Origin: Balanoglossus misakiensis
Taxonomy: Eukaryota > Animalia > Hemichordata
Assembly: GCA_040954595.2 (NCBI GenBank)
Contig: CM082593.2
Span: 1,808,901-1,872,900, forward strand
Direction: 5' to 3'
Length of the DNA stretch: 64,000 bases
Made by a program: the position numbers and the translations under genes
The notes under the pieces: model-generated
Databases searched by the model: none
What the model was told of the DNA's origin: nothing
What the model saw: only the letters and a program-made list of their open reading frames with translations
Shown here: positions 1 to 14,700 of the stretch, piece after piece
How the letters are laid out: every line of letters begins with the position of its first letter
Numbering within the stretch: the first letter of the stretch is position 1

Positions 1-1806
1 AAATATAATTGCGGCATATTGCATGGAAATCGCAAAGTGCACCACATGTGTTTGCTCATGGTCCCAACAGGCAGATGTATACACGAACAAGGATAAATGC
101 TAGAACGTTTTCCTGGCATCAGTCACCTTGCAAGCTACGAGGAAAACTTCAATTAGGCTACATTTCGTGGTTTATAATAGCGAATAAAATTGAATTAGCA
201 TGTGCGGGCCTTTGCATGTACACTAGTAACGACTAGCTACAGCCCTTGAAAATATAGACATTTATAGAATTTGTATTGTACTATACAGAAGAGCGTTGCA
301 ATTTTATTAACATCCCATCATCTAAAATCACTATTTTATACAATTAATTCACCTTTGATGCCAAATTCTTCGGTTAAAAGACATCATTATTAAGGTGACA
401 CACAGATCATATGATGATGCCCGTAGACCATCGCCTATTGATCGTCTTTATAGTATTCGACCTATGCTGTAATGTGAAATTTGATTTACTTTCCATTAAC
501 TTGAACAGTTTCTTATGTGCCGTGTGCTTTTTTATGGAACAAATCAATCAGTTTTAGATAATTTACCGCATATAACTGAGCACAAAGGCTGTTTATATGA
601 AAGAATACGACAAAATAACGCTTTGAGCTGTTTTCTTTGTGATTAAAGCAATGCAGAATTGAATAAACTGTATATCTAGACCACCCTTCAGATAAAGTAT
701 AATTTCTGGTGAATATGCATGCGGCTGTATCCACACATGCTTGCCGAGACATTTGATTCATGGATTTTTAGAGTCATAAGGAGGTGAAAGTTTGTTTTCA
801 GTTATGTATGTCTCAAAAGAGAACTATCCCAGACGTTGCCGATAGTTAGGCATAAAATAAAGTGCCACCCTAGAATTGGCAGAGCACAAGGTTATATCGT
901 CAGTGAGGCACATTATTAGGTCAGAAAGGTAAACATGATTTGGATGTAAATCAATCGCGCTTTGTGACTCCTGTCGTTATGTCATTACCCATCGGACTGG
1001 GATTGGACCGAAATCATTCCTCTAATTGAAGGGTGTGCTGTGACCTTTCAAATTGTAGCAAAAGTAAAGATAGGTTTTACATCAAGCTACAATTCGTATT
1101 TCTGGTAATGTGACAGTAATAGCACAGTAGAGACAGTTAGTTTACAAGGTGCAGAAGATTCATTTGCCAGGTCTCTTGCCTAGAGTTGCAATGGGGATTC
1201 AGAAATCTAAATTAAAATTGCATGACTGACGATGTTATCCTGGACATAACTCAATCAACTGTGCAATACCCGAGAATTTTATAATAGGCAAAAGGGCAAC
1301 TTTGATTGACGGAGAGCAGTTGGCTGCATGGTGAAAACGATCGTTCAGCCTGCAATCACGACAGAAGGGGCATTTTTATATCACACGTAGGATTTAAGAA
1401 GTTACACAAGATCCAACTTTTCACCCTGTCTTGGTTAGCATAACAAGTACGTCCTGTAACTTCAATAACCCCTTTTGACATGAAGACTTTCCAAGTCAGC
1501 TTCTACGTATGCAGTAATTCTGGCGATTTTAAGAATTACCTAGGGAAAAACTGAATAATTTTAAGTTGTACATTTAATCAACCCCTATATCCCCAAGGTC
1601 ACCATAGTTTTTCCTAATAATACGGTATAATTCAAGATTAGTATAAATGCATCCAACCCAGGATGGAACCATGTCAACACTTAATGACGTATGGAGATTG
1701 CCACTCAATCATAATATTATCGTTTACAGTGTGTCTGTATATTAATTTAAGTAGTGATTGACTGCACGCGAGTATTTTGAGCACTACACACGCTTAACCA
1801 TGGCTG

Positions 1807-2007
1807 AATTCTAATCTCAAACTGTGTATTGATATTTAATGGTGCAATATCTGTATTTTGGACTTTGAAAAAATATTTAATGGCGATTGCATTGTTTTTC
1901 AAAACCACACACCCCAAAAATTAATTATATACTTGATGAGCGAGACAAATTAGCTTAGATTAATTTCTAAAATATCAAATATCAATACACAGTTTGAGAT
2001 TAGAATT
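1807..2007. mobile_element. MITE-like element with perfect 31-bp inverted repeats
   Basis: aattctaatctcaaactgtgtattgatattt (1807-1837) is the exact reverse complement of 1977-2007. Confidence 0.7.
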
Positions 2008-5000
2008 AAATAAAACCGTCCACTTTCCATTTTGATTCAGTTGTAATTAATATTCAAGCTGCCTATAGAGTGTATGATTGATGTAATATGGGTCACATTT
2101 CATGATCGAAATTTGCTAATAAGATCCAAAAAGAATATCAATAATGAAAAATACGTTAAGCTCTATATAAATGACAAATTATACTTGATTGATTGATGAA
2201 GGGACATAAATTTGCCAAAAAATCATTAAGTCAAGTCTGCAGTCATTTACTGATGTAATTTGTCAAATCGTCTGTTTTAATGTTCAATCTACCGAGCACA
2301 ATCGCAATGCATGAATGAAAAACGAAGAGTTCTAGCGTTCTGCAGTTTCCTAGAAAAGCGTTTTAATTGTTTCAGGTCCCTCTAATTGTGTCAGTGAATT
2401 GCTATGTAATATTGTCATTTTCAGTGTTTAATGTTTATACAGTTGGTTGTAACAAGCCAAGCTGGTGCATACTTAACAGAAGTGTACAACGTTTACCTAG
2501 TGTAGCTATATTGTGATCGCAACCTAAATCAAGTTACCAGTATTTAATAAATGTTGGATGCTTTGTTCATGACTCAAGGATTGCTACCCTGTGAAGAATA
2601 ATGGAATTGGCACTTACGAAAAAAAAAACATAGACTTGTCTACTGAACCCTGTTGTAAGTTTCTTCTAACACAGTGTCCTTTGTGAAAAAAAGATATTCC
2701 CTTCATAAACGTAAGCGTTCTTACCTTACGGATGCACTTTTGCCCTTGGAGCCCACAATACATGCACGGTTGTTGAATCTGCACTCAACAAGACAATGGG
2801 GAAAAAGACCGGAGACGTCTACTAGCTGTGGACAGCGCAACAAAGTGAACTGCTCGACTGCAAAATGACGCATGTATCACCAGTGTTTACACATCAGTTT
2901 ATACCATAATTACCGCGGGACTCACGTGTTTCCCTGGCGACCATGCCTACGAAATTGCTTGGTTGCCGCTCGCAACCTCGTTTTGCAGTTTGGCTGTGTA
3001 TCACGCAACGGTTAACTGACATCCATGGTTAGTGATTCGTTCACAAATCTCATTAAGTAGCCACCTTGATCAAAAGAAGCTCACTGAGACACACCATTTA
3101 ATATCTATCCCACTTCCAGAAACTGCGCTGTTTTAATTAATCGGAACTACTTGATCTGTGTGACAACATTTGCGTTGAAGGGTCGACCAATACACTAGCT
3201 ATAAATATTAGATTTTGAATAAGTCCAACAGATGATTTATGATGATGGTCTTTTCCGCAGTCTTTGTGTCATGATGTTGACCACGACGAGAAATAATTAC
3301 TCGCTTTGACTATTGCCTGCGGAAGCAAAATGGGTTTTGTTATATACCCGCCCCAGAAATTCAAGGTTTTAAGATTAAATACCATCCTTTGTGATCAGCA
3401 ATGTACAATCGCAGCAATCTTCACGGGGTACTTGAACCTTTTCTATTTAAAAAACCCAAAGAAAACAAACTCAACATTTTATCACAAAATGTCATGTGTT
3501 GAATGGTAATTACAATATACGCATGATTTAGAACATGCTGAAAGCAGAATTCATCAGTTGCTACGTTATAATGATTTTATAGCTATTTTACGCCTATCAC
3601 TGTTTCAAAGGTATGCAAAGTTGGTGCAATTACTCCTCACTATCGCAACCATGAATCAATCAAATCACTTTCAATAGGCAAACATATAGTTTTAGAATTT
3701 GTCCGCGGGGAATTACACGTTTTTAACAACAATACCAACAAGACACATAGTTTGTCAAATGTACGTTGTGAAAATGTTGAAATGAAGCCCGCGATGCACT
3801 AAATCAATGTTTATGAACAGTGATCAACAGGAAGATGGTGTTACAGTGTTCTCAGAGAAAACAGTCGCGAGCCACATGAAATAAAATCAATGCACCTCTT
3901 TATGTTATCACATTATTGTAATTTTGAAAATAGATATAATTTGTGCCAGTGGACACGATCCTTTCGGCGATCAAACCAAACAGTAAACAAAGTGTGAGAG
4001 TTGACAACGTTGTAATAATTTTCCCGCCAACAACTGGCATATTTATTATCAGCGAGTCAACGTCACGCTCTGCTGATCCACCATCTGAAATGCTAGTTTC
4101 GAAGTCACATTCATGAGAGGCGCGCGTTATCTCAGTGCGATTCTACATGCCATTAGGTTTTGTCTCCATAGATGTGTTACTTTTCAGAACATTTTATCTT
4201 TGTTTATCCTAACGTTCATTCAGTTGTACAATTATATCACCAAGCCCAATACACCAGTTTCTGTCATGAATTAATAAACAGACAATGCTGAATTTCATGT
4301 ACATCTGGAGACGATAAACCTCATATGCCAATCACCCACTATTTTTACCATCAGGTTTTTGATATGCCTCAGCTGAATTGTGGCAGGAAGCCTTATAACA
4401 CTTTTACACAAAGCTGTAGAAATTGTTTTTTTGAAATACAGCTTTGGAACATCATAACGCGAAACCATCATAGTGAAACGAAACCTTCAAACAGTGGTAA
4501 GGCTGATTCTGTATGGCCTTGCAACGTGCCTTGACTACATTTATACAGAGTCGGTTTAATACTGGCCTTCTTCGATCTTGACTAAAGGATGTACATGCAG
4601 AACATAACTGATAAACAGTGCATGTGTGTCTTTTTAGAAAATTTTAGAATATATGATTTAAAATGCCACATATCAGCGGAGTAATTTCACACAGTATACT
4701 GTATGTGACTTCCAGAACATTCACAGACAAAGAGCCACATCATTGAGTCACCCTACGCATATTTTTGAGAATTACACCTCTTCTTGAAATTAAATTTGTC
4801 ATCAGTTGAAAAACCTTTGGTTGATTTGTTCACTTTCAGTGGACACAAACTTGGGGACTCGACTCCGGGGCTAAGATCTTCATCAAGCAACAGATACAAC
4901 AGTATTTAATGTGACTCCAAATACTGTAGAGACTGTGATTGTAATCTTCCTATGAAACAGACAATCATTCTAATGCATTTCAAGATTATACTGGGATCAA

Positions 5001-8000
5001 GACGTCAGCATTCGAGGAATTATCTCATTGCCTTTAGTGACACCCTATTAGACATGATAACTTCGTTATGGTAAAAGGGCTAGGACTCTCTGGGCTGGCA
5101 GCCATTACAAGATGTATTGGGAAGTGTTCTTTTTACATGCTGTTGCAATTTTGTGTGTGCTCATGTTGCTAATAATTGGTCAAGTTTTGATCTATTTCTT
5201 CCAAAGAGTGAGATATTCCTTACTGAATTTTACTTCGATCTACGTATCAGAGACACTAATGAAGTTCAACTGTGCAGTGATTTGTGTATCTGATTCACCA
5301 TCACAGAAAGTGCATAATGTAGCGTTGATTCGAAAGAAGTTAATGGTGGTATTGTTGACAGTAATGGTAAAAAGCACTATACGAATTCGAATTGATCGCT
5401 TTAGCACATTGTAATTCTCGATCATTACATTATTGAACATTTTATAAAAGGAAAAGCTGCCGGCTTTTTTGTTACCAAGTAAACATGATTATTTAATTAG
5501 AAGTGAGGGTACAATGAATTATTGAGTTAATGTTAAATATTTTGTTTGGCTTAGTCTACTTCCTGGTGAATGGCATGGTATTTACTTTTCTTTTTACAAC
5601 CCCGATAACTGCCGAGGATAAGAAGTGTATTCATATTCAGAAAGGGATTGGACCTTTTGAGGGAAGAAAAACCAAATTGTCTCTAAGTGTAGAATTTAGA
5701 CATGTTAACTGCAGCGCCACCTTAAGCAAATCCATCTGTTTCTGTAGTCATCAATCTTGTTAAGTCTCCTGTATCTCTGTTTATCACTCTATCTGATTCT
5801 TTATACCGAGATTTAGACAGGTCTGGCATTTGATTGTTATACTTATTATCTTTTAAATCACTACATGATCGATTAAAGAGTGAAGGACGAATCTATCAAT
5901 TTATCAGTTTGTCTGTTACCTTGAATCACTGAAGTGATCTATTACAGAACAGCATGATTTCCCCATCTATCTACATGTACATATCAATTTAGAAATCGAT
6001 TATGGAGAGCGAGGCCAATTTGTCAATTTATCTGATTTAATATTTTAAATGACTGGAGTTTCCTTATTGATTAAATGGCTACGTAGGTGCAAAACTGTAG
6101 GATGGATCAATATCAAGAAGATCGCACCCATACACGTTTCGTTAGGTCGATCACAAGCTGTCCTGTCTGACAATATATCATGTAAACTTTTTGGATTCGA
6201 ATTCAGGACGCCTTAAGTAATACGAGGAGCAGCCACGGTGGACAAACGATACCAACATTAGGTATGATCACACTATTGATATAACGGCTGGTGATCACTG
6301 GTGGCCACCCACTGAAAATCAGCGATTTGCTTGATTTCTGTTCACCATGGTAACTGAGGCAAAATTTACATACTATACCGTATACCTATAAAGCTCAGGA
6401 GTGTATATGCATTTGTTTACGCCTGAACTAATAACATTCAAACAGAGCTGTTTTCTCTCCTCGAACAAAATAGATTTTATCGTAATTGCAAGAATAGTTA
6501 CATCTCTGAAGCAGTAACACAGTGGTGACATTTTGAAAAGTGTGTGGACTCTCAGTGTCAATGTGAGTTTACTTAATGATCCTTCCCATGACGTTCAAGG
6601 ATACGATTTGCCATTTGATATCTACGGGTAGGCACACAACATGAATGTAGATTTTACTCTACACTTCTCTGGCTAGAGAACATTCATCTGCCCACTAAAC
6701 ACAACCTTGTTGGTGCGTCAGTCAAAGGCAAGTTCAATAGTCATCTCATTTGCACTTGGCTTTCCACCTGAAAACTGTGGCAATGGATAAACATGAGGAA
6801 GTCATTCATACATGAAATGAAATCATGCCACTTCACATTGTGTCCAAAGCCAGCCTTTCCCTCTCGCCATTATCAACAATATCAAGTTAGAATGTTTTCA
6901 CACATGCTCATACACTCACCGTACGTTTCTCCTGATAATTTCCTGAATTGATATATAAACTGTACACAAACATTGTTTTATGATTGCTCACCTCAATACC
7001 CACAGTGACATTTTAGTTTCCCTTGCATGGAAGATTGATTACATTTGTGCCCTTTTAATCCGTGAACTGTTAACAGAGAAGAAATGTTTTCTTTCAGATG
7101 TGCCCTCAGAAGAAAAAAAAATACCATTCTTTCGCATAAAAGCTTGACATAATTGACAAGTGTGGCTTAATCTGCGAATAAACAGTAAAGACGTCTTCTT
7201 TATGATAAAGTATATTCCTGAAAAATCTTCTCTTACAGCCAAACAATGACACATGGCTTCTTTAGGTATTAGCCACCCTCCCCAAAGTATCAACAGTAAG
7301 CGGCTTAACATTCCGACTGAGGAAAGTCAATCAAAAAGTGAAATAACGTTACACCGACTTAGGCGGAATTCTCTCTACTTGATATTTTTTGCTTGGTGAA
7401 TTGCTTTTAAGGTTTCACCATAGAGGATCACGGAAGCCATACGTGCAAGGTTTATTTTCCTACGAAGATGCTGATCTTGAGCCACATCGTGCATCAATTG
7501 AAACCTGCTCATGCTAATCTCATCATGACAAATAGGATAAAATATCACTGACGTTGATCTTTTTTCACAAAAACCACCTTTCCCTTCGCCGGGAAGGGAA
7601 AGCTGAAATTGAATTGACTTTAGTGGAATGAGAGTTCGTGAATTAAACACTGAATAAACATGCAATATTATGATAACATACTTCTGTCGGCACAGTACGG
7701 GTGGCGATTTTTTTATATCATAGTAGGCGGCGATTTATGTCATTGCGTCAGGGATGTTCAATCACCGATTTCATTTTTTCATGGACGTGTTTAAATTGAC
7801 TCAGTTTTGCGTTCTTGACCCAATGTAAGATCTAATCTAGATGTCTTCTGTACTGTGCATTGAAATGCAATCATCAATGAGTTATACTGCATGCTAAAAA
7901 AGCTGTAACTCAATGCCAGTTGTACACAAGCATTCAGCATGTTTATGATACTGTTGCGTGACTGAACACCATAGAATGCGCAATTTTGTTCTAACGTTCA

Positions 8001-11000
8001 TAGAGAGGAACCCGTCACTGCAGTATTTGTAGTTATACATGGCAAGATGAGAGGAGTCGGTAACAGGGAGGGCAAAAATTCCAAGTGTTGCCATTCTTGT
8101 CATGAACGATTCTCCGAAATGAGAAAAAAAGCGAAATCTGGCTGAGTGAAAGACGTCGAAAAGTGAAGGTTGCACAGGTCAAGTGACACGAAATACTGTA
8201 GAGTCACTGTGATGAGCATGTGTGGCATTTGATTATGTGCTATCGGTGCCCGACGCAATATTGCATTTCGCCAACCCCTTCAACCCTAACAATCGTTGCA
8301 ATTAATTTGAATGGGAGCCTCCACCACACCTGTCAAAGTTGACAAACACAATTACCGCATGGACAAGCTTTAGCTCAGCTGGGTCATCAAACAGTAGAAA
8401 AAGATTGACTTTCACTGACACAAAGTGTGTGTTATTTATGTGGTTATTCTGACTCAACATCTGCAATCGAAGCTTCAGTAGCACTGAGATATCGCCATGA
8501 AACAGTTTAGTGAGCAACCAGCAAATTTGCCAGGCTGTAGACTTCCCATTCATGTTTGATTGCCAAACTTGAGTATATAAACACAATGTTTTATTTCTTC
8601 ATGAACCGATTTATGTTTTGTGGAAATCGTTGAATGTGATATTTATCAGTCGAAAACAGACACATTTCTGATGGAACACAGTGAAGCACCAAATATACCA
8701 ATATCATATTGTGTAAATAATTATCAAAACTTATATACAATAATATGACTTTTCCATTTTTAGGAACAGTTCCATTTGCATCTCAGTTTTTTCAAAACAC
8801 ATCTAGGTTTACGTGACACACAATCACCATCGAATCAATCAGTCATGCATGATTTCATCATAAATCTCCTTTCAGTCTAGAAATATGATTTATAGCGTGC
8901 ATACTTGTTCATTTTAATAATATGGTGCACGCTTCTTAGGCATTCTTCCGAGATTATGAATTTCGCTATCACGAGATACGCCAGGGAGCTTACAATAGAA
9001 TTTGTAGGATAACGCTTTTACGACCAATTTTCGCAGGATTTTATGGTAGACATGTCATTATGGATCATGGCGTTATGAAAAAGCAATTAATTCACAAATA
9101 TGCATGGTTTACCCATGATAATCATCATTAAAGTCGATGAAAGAAATCTTCGGAATATATTGGGCGTGACTTATTCCAACCCGTCGCCATAAGAGGTGAT
9201 TTTTCAAATACAGGGTTATCATCACAGCGGTAATAAATTTTGCTGACGTCATCAACTTGTTAATCATGCGAGAAATTATTTCATTTTCGGAATCGTTTTT
9301 CTGTTGAAGGTGACAAAGAGTACCACCTTAATTTCATATCAGAAGCAATCTTAACAACTGGAGAAGTAGCGAGCGTGTCGAGGTGCGCGTGCGTAGATTC
9401 ACAATTGTGTTGGATCGATTTCTGAGTTGTTTCAGCCGGAACAACTGGGAACGGTCAGTGGCTTTTGACGCCAAGGCGATTTGAATTCTCCAAGGGAAAC
9501 ACTGAGTTCTACGTGAAGACGATCGCTAAGTAAGGCCCTTCGGCTCATGATTTCACATGGGAGTGTATTGCTATTATCACTGCTGATTGTTGCCAACATA
9601 ATATATCCAAAGATAAGCACCGACTTCATTGTCAGATAGAACTGATGAAAACTTGCCCTGGTCTTCAGGCAAGCTTATAAATAAATTATTTGATCAAATA
9701 ACTACGAAATATTGTAATTTTGACATTTTTAAAAACAACCGATTTCCTTGCAAGATTTAACTTAAACGTATACATGTATAGCCACGTTTGCATTTCTTTC
9801 TAAGATCGCGAAAACCACTGATGAGTCACACACACTGTCTGTTAGTAAGCTCCAAGGGCTGTTATCTTGTAATAATGAGGATTTTTTTCTCTTTGAGAGA
9901 ATAAATTTGATGGGGAAATGGAAAGCCAAAATCCTCAATATCACGGTTGTACTATATACCATGTTACAGACCACAACTGAGTTGGTGACATTTCCACCAC
10001 GGTGTCGTTGGTGGCGTGTGTATTAGATGAATCTATCCTTGTTAACACTAACCCTGCAACAGTCTGTGTTTGACTTTTAGATTTTCTACCAGTAACTATC
10101 ACATTTAAAAATCGTCAAGGACTCTATATTTAATCGACAGAGTAATGTCACACTTAAGGCTGGTGAACAAGCGTGACACGTGTTATAACAGCGATTTTTC
10201 ATTAAACTGTTTTGAATGAGGTGATGAAAATAAGAGCTTCTGTCAATATTGAAATGTTTGCACATACTGCCTCACGAATAGGGCTGACTTCACAAGCAGT
10301 CATTGTGAGCTACATGAATTTTATAGCGTAGATCAGAAGTCAAAGTTGTTTTTGTTGACTATCATATGTCAAACCACTGACCCATCACATAAGATCAGAC
10401 AGCTTGATAACGACACAAATTTTGCACTCTCCCTTTCCTTCTGAAAACTCCCCTTCGCGCTGATAGTGCGATATGCTAATTGCCTGTTTGGACGGCTAAA
10501 TTAGTGCGGTGGGAGTTGGGCGATACTATTGCTGTATGGGTGGGGCTGCATTGAATGAGCATTGTACGTTTACTTTTGATAGCTGAACAGAAAGTAAGTT
10601 GACAAAAACCGCCAGTCATATTAGTATCACCCAAATTTGTCTTCACAAAACCTTCTATGACATGTACTATTCCCTTTGACAACACTAGGCCACAATGATG
10701 TGACACTGGGGGGAGTCCTTTCAGCAGGTGTGCAGACTCCGGGATTAGTTGTAAACAGTTTCAATAAGCGCCATTAGTGGTTGAACCCAAATAATCCCCA
10801 ATTTGCTAAGCAAAATAACCACAGCTATTACCTAATTACTCACATAATTGTACATATTTTCCCTTGCAAAAGACCAGGCCAGGTTCTGAGAACCATTGCT
10901 CCAGATCATAAATAAGTGTGCCTCAACGACTATCACATTGATTGTTGCGCCTTAGGCATGCAGGGAGGCATGCTTGGATAGGAAACCAACTGTCAATCAA

Positions 11001-11679
11001 ACGAAATCTGGCAAAACAAAAAAGTTACCCTGTTATAAGAGTTTTATTCTTCAAACAAATTTCAATTTGTCTTTCTGTAAATTTATGAGTAGAAGGTTTA
11101 AAGTCATGGCCTTTTAGTTTAGGGCATTTACATCCACACTTTGGCGCCAAAGCGTCTGTCTGTAGCTAATGGAAATCGTTTTAGAACAAAAACGGAAAAG
11201 GGCAATATAATTTCTTGTGTAAATGTGGTTCAAAAGTTGAGTATTTTGTTTCCCATGGGAACACTGGGATCTCCATCTCCAAATTCGTTTTTGCATTTGA
11301 CTTTGTCTTGTGGGGGATAAAATATAAGACTGTCAAATTGAATTTGCAGTGAATGTTCTCTGGAATGGGATCCCACTTAAGTGGTTGGCCGGGAGACCTA
11401 GCGACAGATGAGCGCTGCAACAAATCGTTACGTGCCACACGCCTATTCTTATCAGCTACCAATAAGTGAAATCCAATCAAATTTCATTTTCGATGACACT
11501 TTCCTGAATTAAATCAGTCGAAAGTGAACAGCACATGATGGAGTTTTGTGATATTCACTTCGAGTTGCCATGAATAACAGGATGTTCGTCTTCGGAATGT
11601 AACCATACTAATTTAATACTGAATGTTTGTCTGTTATCATTTCTATGTGCGTGAATCTATTGAGATTCACAGAAAATCA

Positions 11680-11790
11680 AGATGAGAGAGACATGGAAAG
11701 ACAGACAGTCAGAGAGACAAACAGACAGACACATAGATGTATAGGGACACACAGCGATAGAGAGTCTACGAAAGGAGGAGAGGAGAGCAT
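11680..11790. repeat. Degenerate (GA)/(GACA) low-complexity tract
   Basis: Seen directly. Confidence 0.75.
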
Positions 11791-14700
11791 TCTATATGTA
11801 CATCCATGGAATCTCTTTATGACTCATAAATGTTTACCCACATTCAAGATGTTGAAATCTTTGTCACCTACCACTAGATGGCGCTGATGAAAATGACAAG
11901 AAACTACAAGATAAATTCTAATGTTTAACGCTCTGGTATTTCTCAGAGTCTACCAACACTCCTTTACATTGTGGAAACACTGGAACCGCATTTTAGGCAA
12001 CATATCTGTTTATAAACATGTCATTGGTGAAAAATAGTTTGCAATGGTGTACCGGTACATTGGAAGACTTTATAGCCAGAAACTGTTTCCTATGAGACTT
12101 ACTGTCACCTGCAGACAGACAGAGTGATACAGAGATCATCCCCTGGAGTTTGTTAATATTTCTAGCTATTTGGGTGCAGCGAGTTGTAATGCTGACATTA
12201 TCGTTTCTCACTTGTACAGCATATCGTCGAGTAAACGGTGGAACAAAAGAAGAATGGGATTTTGAGATCTTCCATAAAAACACATTTTACATGGGAGATA
12301 ATTTCTCTTGTTTGTACTCAATTTTGCACCATTCTATTCTATCAGAAACGACATCTGTCTTTTCAATTTCCGTTCTCAGGTACCTCTTCATAGCAACTGG
12401 TGCTTGGTGCATACCCTCGCTAGTAAAATTTCCCTTTTATCATAGATGAAATTGTCAGTCTAGCCTTTGCTATAGAACATGCACACCTTCCTTCATTGTT
12501 GCATAATTACCCTTAAACAGCACGAAACTAGAGGAAATGCACCCAATTATTCTTTTAAATTATGGCAAATATTTTTTCTGAAGTATCATCTTGTCATAGC
12601 AACTGCGATTGTATCGACTGGTAGTTGTCACTCATTTGCTTGCTTGATGGTATCTCTCGAGTTGTTTTCTTTAGACACAAAATATGGCGGGTCTGATGAG
12701 ATAAGATGGCGTAATTGAAACAGAGCTGAACTCATTAAGCCAGGAAATTACTTCTGGGATCCAAGACTTGTGATAAATAGTGGCGCTTGGTCGCAGAATG
12801 ACAGCGGGACAAGGGTGCAAAATTTATAGCTTGTGATAAACTTTCCAGTCTTGAGGTTGCGACTTCCGTTTAATCATGTGTACACATAAGGACTTTATTG
12901 AATTTCATACTTTTCAGAGCATTTCCTCATTTCTTTTGTCAAGCCAACTGATGGAGCTGTTCGTTATCAATAGAACAGTGGCAGGTCAGTTTTGCAGGTA
13001 TATGCTACAATTGGCTGTATTGATGAATGTGTCTTTATAAGTCCATCATCCACACTGAGAATCACATACAAAAGCACAAAGGAGATGTTTTTTAGTGATG
13101 TTTACTGTGTTCAAGAGTCTCCACAAAGATGCAATTTTCGGAAATGGATGGATGTAAATAGCATAGTAAATAATTGCTACATTATTTTAGATTTGGATCT
13201 CCTTAAGCCCAAAGCTTTCTTGCAGCGCTTAATTTAATACACCTAGTAAGTTCCTTCTTCCATCAGACATGCGCACAGACCTTCGTCTTTGCGTCATATG
13301 CATATATACAAACCATAGTCTCTGATTCAGAGAGCGGATGTCTGCCTGACACTGCCAGGGGGTGTACACAGCTAATTTCGCAGTCTGGTACCGAGAGTAC
13401 TCAGAATTGTACCGAGCGCGTGAGGGAAAATGTGTAACGTGGGGTGTTTGTGTGATCTAATCATGGCTGGAATGTGACAGTGATGTGAGCACCCCAGGCC
13501 TGGATTATATGCGTATACTGCTACTATGCATGGCTATATAATAGGATCCTTATAGATTCATTCACTCAGACTTACAGACTATATACGCTACAATTGTTGT
13601 ATTTTGTGTGTTGTTATTATCGTGATTATATATGCTACAATTACCCTCAATTACCCTCACTGTTTATCTTCTATATTGTTGTGTGTGGTTATCATAGTGA
13701 CATGAAATAGCAAAAGAAATGTGTACAAGACTGTATGAATATGATGAGGTCCGTCAGAAGAACACAATTATTTTCAAATTCGACCCATCATCTTTTAAAT
13801 TTCTATACAGCAATTGCTCTTATTTTTTTCAATAGCACATAATTTCAGATTTCTATAGGTCCGGGCATCGCATTCTACGTTATTGTGCAGTGATAACATA
13901 AATGATCGTTGGTGCGTATAGCTTTCGTAGATATTAGTAGATATAAATTACTACACCTAATGCCTAACACAGCGGGTGCTGACATGTGAGTTATTCACAT
14001 TGAAGTGGGACGTGTGAGCTAGCTGAATGAGAGTGCGATGAGTTTCAAACTTTGAAGAGGTTGGCTGTATTGTTCTATTAAAAGTCTGGGCTTTTTATCA
14101 GAAAACGGTACAGTAAATTGCGTTTAACCCCAAAACAGTTGCAAAATACAATCGTTGAAAATCTGCAAAGGGTCAGGTTCAATGTTCGTTAAATTGACGG
14201 GCATTCACATCATTTTTATATCATTTTTTATCGCTTAGTGGTTATTGCTATATTGCCCGTAGGAATTCAATTGATCACTCCCCGTGCCCTTCAAAGAATG
14301 CTTCATGATCGTGCCAATGCTTTTACGGGTGCCTTGTATCCGTCGCCGTGAGAGCGCAAAATGCTGTGACGTATTCCAGTGGCGCCTTTGTATGTACGCA
14401 AAGACAAATTCAACTCACGCGTTGCCCAGAACAGACTGGCATAAATAGTGATATCAATCAAACATATAATAACCACATTGTCTTCGAATGAAATAACTCT
14501 TGATTTGTTCCATTGTTTACAAGGAATTCCCAACGTGTAACTGTAACAATGTTTATTTATACCAACGTTAGCATTAACACCTGACCCTCTTCAACAACAT
14601 TGTCAACATTTTTGTCTACCTTGGCATTTCCCAACACAATAGGTCATTGTGTTCTTATAACGTACAGACCCCCTGCATTGACGCATTAGTCTCCACGCAC

